From an uncultured delta proteobacterium (GTDB taxonomy: Bacteria; Desulfobacterota; Desulfobacteria; Desulfobacterales; JAHEIW01), in contig CAVPNL010000003.1 in assembly GCA_963706575.1 (NCBI GenBank), positions 352,001 through 416,000 of the forward strand: 64,000 bases of DNA. The letters run 5' to 3'. Below the pieces are notes generated by a model. The model did not search any database and was not told where the DNA came from. It was given only the letters and a program-made list of their open reading frames with translations. The position numbers were made by a program, and so were the translations under genes. This document shows, one piece after another, positions 61,029 to 64,000 of the stretch (position 1 is the first letter of the stretch; every line of letters starts with the position of its first letter).

Positions 61029-61358
61029 TTGATTGATATTGCATATGCAATGGGCGGCGGCGGAGAAGGTGCCGCAGGATTTAGCGGATTCATTCCGATC
61101 ATTCTGATGTTTGTTATTTTTTATTTCCTGCTGATCCGACCCCAGCAAAAAAGACAAAAGGAACACCGCACGATGATATCGAGCCTGAAAAAGGGAGACC
61201 GAATCATCACCAGCGGTGGCTTGCACGGTCGCATAACCGGAATAGATGACACGACATTGACCGTAGAAATAGCAGACAAAGTGCGGGTAAAAGTTGCCCG
61301 CTCCAATGTTTCGGCTATGTCTCAGCCGGGTTCACAACCGCAACCGGAAAAAAAATAG
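61029..61358 (+). CDS. yajC: Preprotein translocase subunit YajC
   Basis: FYFLLIRPQQK, LKKGD.IITSGG. Confidence 0.97.
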   Translation: MIDIAYAMGGGGEGAAGFSGFIPIILMFVIFYFLLIRPQQKRQKEHRTMISSLKKGDRIITSGGLHGRITGIDDTTLTVEIADKVRVKVARSNVSAMSQPGSQPQPEKK

Positions 61359-61404
61359 CCTGCAAATCTGCAGTCGATTTTATGCGAATTGGATATATGA
61401 TTTG

Positions 61405-61463
61405 TAAATGGTTGAATGGTTAAACGGTGTGTTGAAATAGCTGTTTAAACGTTCAACCATTTG
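61405..61463. repeat. Inverted pair of 8-bp periodic arrays
   Basis: TAAATGGT TGAATGGT TAAACGGT faces TGTTTA AACGTTCA ACCATTTG. Confidence 0.65.
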
Positions 61464-61555
61464 TCTATTTGGAGATTAATTTGCGGTGCCGCGTTCAGAT
61501 CCGGTTTGGCACCGCTGGCCGATATTAAAATACCGCCCCAAAAAGGAAGGCAGCG

Positions 61556-63127
61556 TTGAAAAATTTTTCATGGAAACTGATTTTGGTTTTTGCGGTTATT
61601 GTTGCAGCCGTTGTTTATGTACTTCCGACACTTGAACCCGGTTTATGGCCGCACAAACAGATAAACCTGGGTCTTGATCTTCAAGGCGGAATGCACCTGG
61701 TACTGGAAGTCGACACTGCCAAAGCCGTGGAGGGCCAGGTTGAGCGCATCGCACAGGAAATCCGAGACCAGTTCAGAAAAGAGCGGCTTCGCAAAGTTTC
61801 CTTGAATCGCATTGATGGAAATAAAATATCCGTAACGGTTCAAGACCCGCAAATTCTCGAAAAATTTAATGCGCTTTTAAAAAAAGATTTTGATTTTTTG
61901 AAGCGCACCCCGCGGACGGAAGGCGGCACCTCAACCATAATTCTTGAGATACCTCAACTGGAAGCCGAAAATACGAAAAAACTGGCGGTCGATCAGGCGC
62001 TGGAAACGATCCGTAATCGCATCGACCAATTCGGCGTGGCAGAGCCAGATATCCGCCGCCAGGGAGAAAAGCGGATCCTTATTCAGCTGCCGGGTATCAA
62101 GGATCCGGAACGGGCCAAGGATTTGATCGGACGAACAGCGCTTTTAGAGTTCAAACTGGTAGATGACACCCTCGATGTCAACGCAGCAGTGAAAGGCAAT
62201 GTGCCGGCCGGCAGAGAAGTTCTCTATCGGGTAGAGGAGAATACGGACACCGGCAAAGTTACCAAATTGCCTTTTCTGCTGAAAAAGCGAACCCTTTTGA
62301 CCGGTGCCAATCTGACCAATGCACGCGTCGACTTCGACCAATTCAATATCCCTTTTGTGTCCATTAACTTTGATAAAAAAGGGGCGCGGGATTTTGAACG
62401 CATCACGGGCGATAATGTCAACAAGCGGCTGGCAATTGTTCTGGACGATACGGTTGCGTCAGCGCCGGTCATCCAGGAAAAGATTGCCGGCGGTCAGGCC
62501 CGCATTACCGGGGACTTCACGCTGGACGAAGCCAAAGATCTGGCCATCGTGCTGCGGGCGGGTGCTCTGCCGGCTCCGGTCAACATACTGGAAGAACGCA
62601 CCGTCGGTCCTTCCCTTGGGGCCGACTCCATCCGTAAGGGACTGATTTCCATGCTGATCGGGGGTGTTCTGGTCGTTTTATTTATGATCGTTTACTACAA
62701 AGGCGCCGGGATCATTGCCGATGTCGCCCTGATACTGAACATCATCCTGATTGCCGGCGGTCTGGCGGCTGCCAAAGCAACTTTAACACTGCCGGGAATT
62801 GCCGGTATCATCTTAACCATCGGCATGGCGGTAGATGCCAATGTGATCATTTTTGAACGAATCCGGGAAGAACTCGCGCTGGGACGAACCGCGCGTGCGG
62901 CAGTAGATGCCGGCTATAACCGCGCCACCCTGACGATTCTCGATGCCAACGTTACCACTCTAATTGCCGCGATTGTGCTTTTTCAATTCGGAACCGGCCC
63001 GGTTAAGGGCTTTGCCGTAACCCTGAGCCTGGGCGTCATTGCCAGTCTGTTCACAGCCCTGGTGCTCTCCCGCTTGATATTTGATTACATCCTGGGGGGA
63101 CGCAAGGTTAAAACACTCAGTATATGA
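61556..63127 (+). CDS. secD: Protein translocase subunit SecD
   Basis: LGLDLQGG, RNRIDQFGVAEP, LRAGALPAP, GMAVDANV. Confidence 0.98.
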   Translation: MKNFSWKLILVFAVIVAAVVYVLPTLEPGLWPHKQINLGLDLQGGMHLVLEVDTAKAVEGQVERIAQEIRDQFRKERLRKVSLNRIDGNKISVTVQDPQILEKFNALLKKDFDFLKRTPRTEGGTSTIILEIPQLEAENTKKLAVDQALETIRNRIDQFGVAEPDIRRQGEKRILIQLPGIKDPERAKDLIGRTALLEFKLVDDTLDVNAAVKGNVPAGREVLYRVEENTDTGKVTKLPFLLKKRTLLTGANLTNARVDFDQFNIPFVSINFDKKGARDFERITGDNVNKRLAIVLDDTVASAPVIQEKIAGGQARITGDFTLDEAKDLAIVLRAGALPAPVNILEERTVGPSLGADSIRKGLISMLIGGVLVVLFMIVYYKGAGIIADVALILNIILIAGGLAAAKATLTLPGIAGIILTIGMAVDANVIIFERIREELALGRTARAAVDAGYNRATLTILDANVTTLIAAIVLFQFGTGPVKGFAVTLSLGVIASLFTALVLSRLIFDYILGGRKVKTLSI

Positions 63128-63136
63128 GGATTTTTC

Positions 63137-64000
63137 ATGCGGTTTATAAAACCTGATATTAATATTGACTTTGTTGGCAGAAAAAAAATCGCCTTCATCC
63201 TGTCCTTTGCCTGTATCGCCATCAGTCTTCTGTCACTAATTATTCACAAGGGCCCCCGTCTGGGCATCGATTTCGCCGGCGGGACGCTGGTACAGATAAA
63301 ATTTACGTCAGCGGTGCAGATCGATGACATTAACTCCGGATTAGGAAATATCGGTCTGGGCAAATCATCAGTGCAGCAATTCGGCCATCAAACCGACAAT
63401 GAATTTCTCATCCGCACAGAGACCTCCTTTAGAGGCGACGAGGGATTTACAACCGATATCAAAAAAGCCTTGGAATCATCCACCAAAGGTGAGGTGGAAA
63501 TCCGGCGAGTGGAAATGGTCGGTCCCCAGGTGGGAGAGGATTTAAGGAAGAAGGCATTGTTCGCCATGTTTTACGCGCTGCTTTTTATTACGATCTACAT
63601 ATCCGGCCGCTTTGAGCTCAAATGGATGTTGAGCGGCGTGGTGGCGGCCGCCCTTATTGGTGCGGTTTACATCTTCAACCTGTTTAATGTCAGCATTCCT
63701 TTTCTGATCGGCGCGGCCCTGATCGTTACCCTGGTTATTTTCTGGTTTTTGGAGCTAAAATATGCCATGGGCGCTATCGTTGCGCTGATACACGATGTCA
63801 TTATCACCGTCGGGATCTTCTCTTTAATGGACATCGAATTCACGCTGCCGATTATCGCTGCGCTGCTCACGATTATCGGATATTCGCTGAACGATACCAT
63901 CATCGTCTTTGACCGCATCCGCGAAAATCTGAGAAGATATCACAAAAAGCCGCTGGCATTTATCGTCAATCGCAGCATTAATGAAACACTGGGCAGAACG
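63137..64000 (+). CDS. secF: Protein translocase subunit SecF (3' end outside window)
   Basis: MRFIKPDINIDF, LGIDFAGGT, VGPQVG, HDV, GYSLNDTIIVFDRIREN; open to the window end. Confidence 0.97.
   Translation, partial: MRFIKPDINIDFVGRKKIAFILSFACIAISLLSLIIHKGPRLGIDFAGGTLVQIKFTSAVQIDDINSGLGNIGLGKSSVQQFGHQTDNEFLIRTETSFRGDEGFTTDIKKALESSTKGEVEIRRVEMVGPQVGEDLRKKALFAMFYALLFITIYISGRFELKWMLSGVVAAALIGAVYIFNLFNVSIPFLIGAALIVTLVIFWFLELKYAMGAIVALIHDVIITVGIFSLMDIEFTLPIIAALLTIIGYSLNDTIIVFDRIRENLRRYHKKPLAFIVNRSINETLGRT

Overview
This is a chromosomal window from a deltaproteobacterial anaerobe; gene content and protein style suggest a Desulfobacterales-like sulfate reducer (inference). Most of it is housekeeping: dtd, folE2, ttcA, rpoZ, greA, asd, leuB, psd, tsaB, lon, mltG, nagZ, tsaD, purM, hom, thrH, tRNA-fMet, murJ, rpsT, lptE, leuS, rne, yajC-secD-secF. 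Two recoding events are hidden by the ORF track. (1) A dimethylamine:corrinoid methyltransferase (MtbB family) has an in-frame TAG at 36-38 at the conserved pyrrolysine position, and lies downstream of a metal-ligand-degenerate EutD/creatinase-type hydrolase and an Asp/Glu-racemase-family gene. (2) An 855-aa HdrA-MvhD fusion has an in-frame TGA (selenocysteine) at 27688-27690 followed by a clear SECIS hairpin. That selenoprotein sits in a 16-kb minus-strand redox block in which two 2-oxoacid:ferredoxin oxidoreductase gene sets flank an HdrL-like/MvhD fusion, an HdrD-like protein and a soluble two-component system. Intergenic DNA carries a ~145-bp MITE-like family that abuts stop codons, plus many 7-9-bp periodic, often inverted, repeat arrays. 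lptE carries two compensating frameshifts. I saw no CRISPR array, rRNA, transposase or prophage gene.
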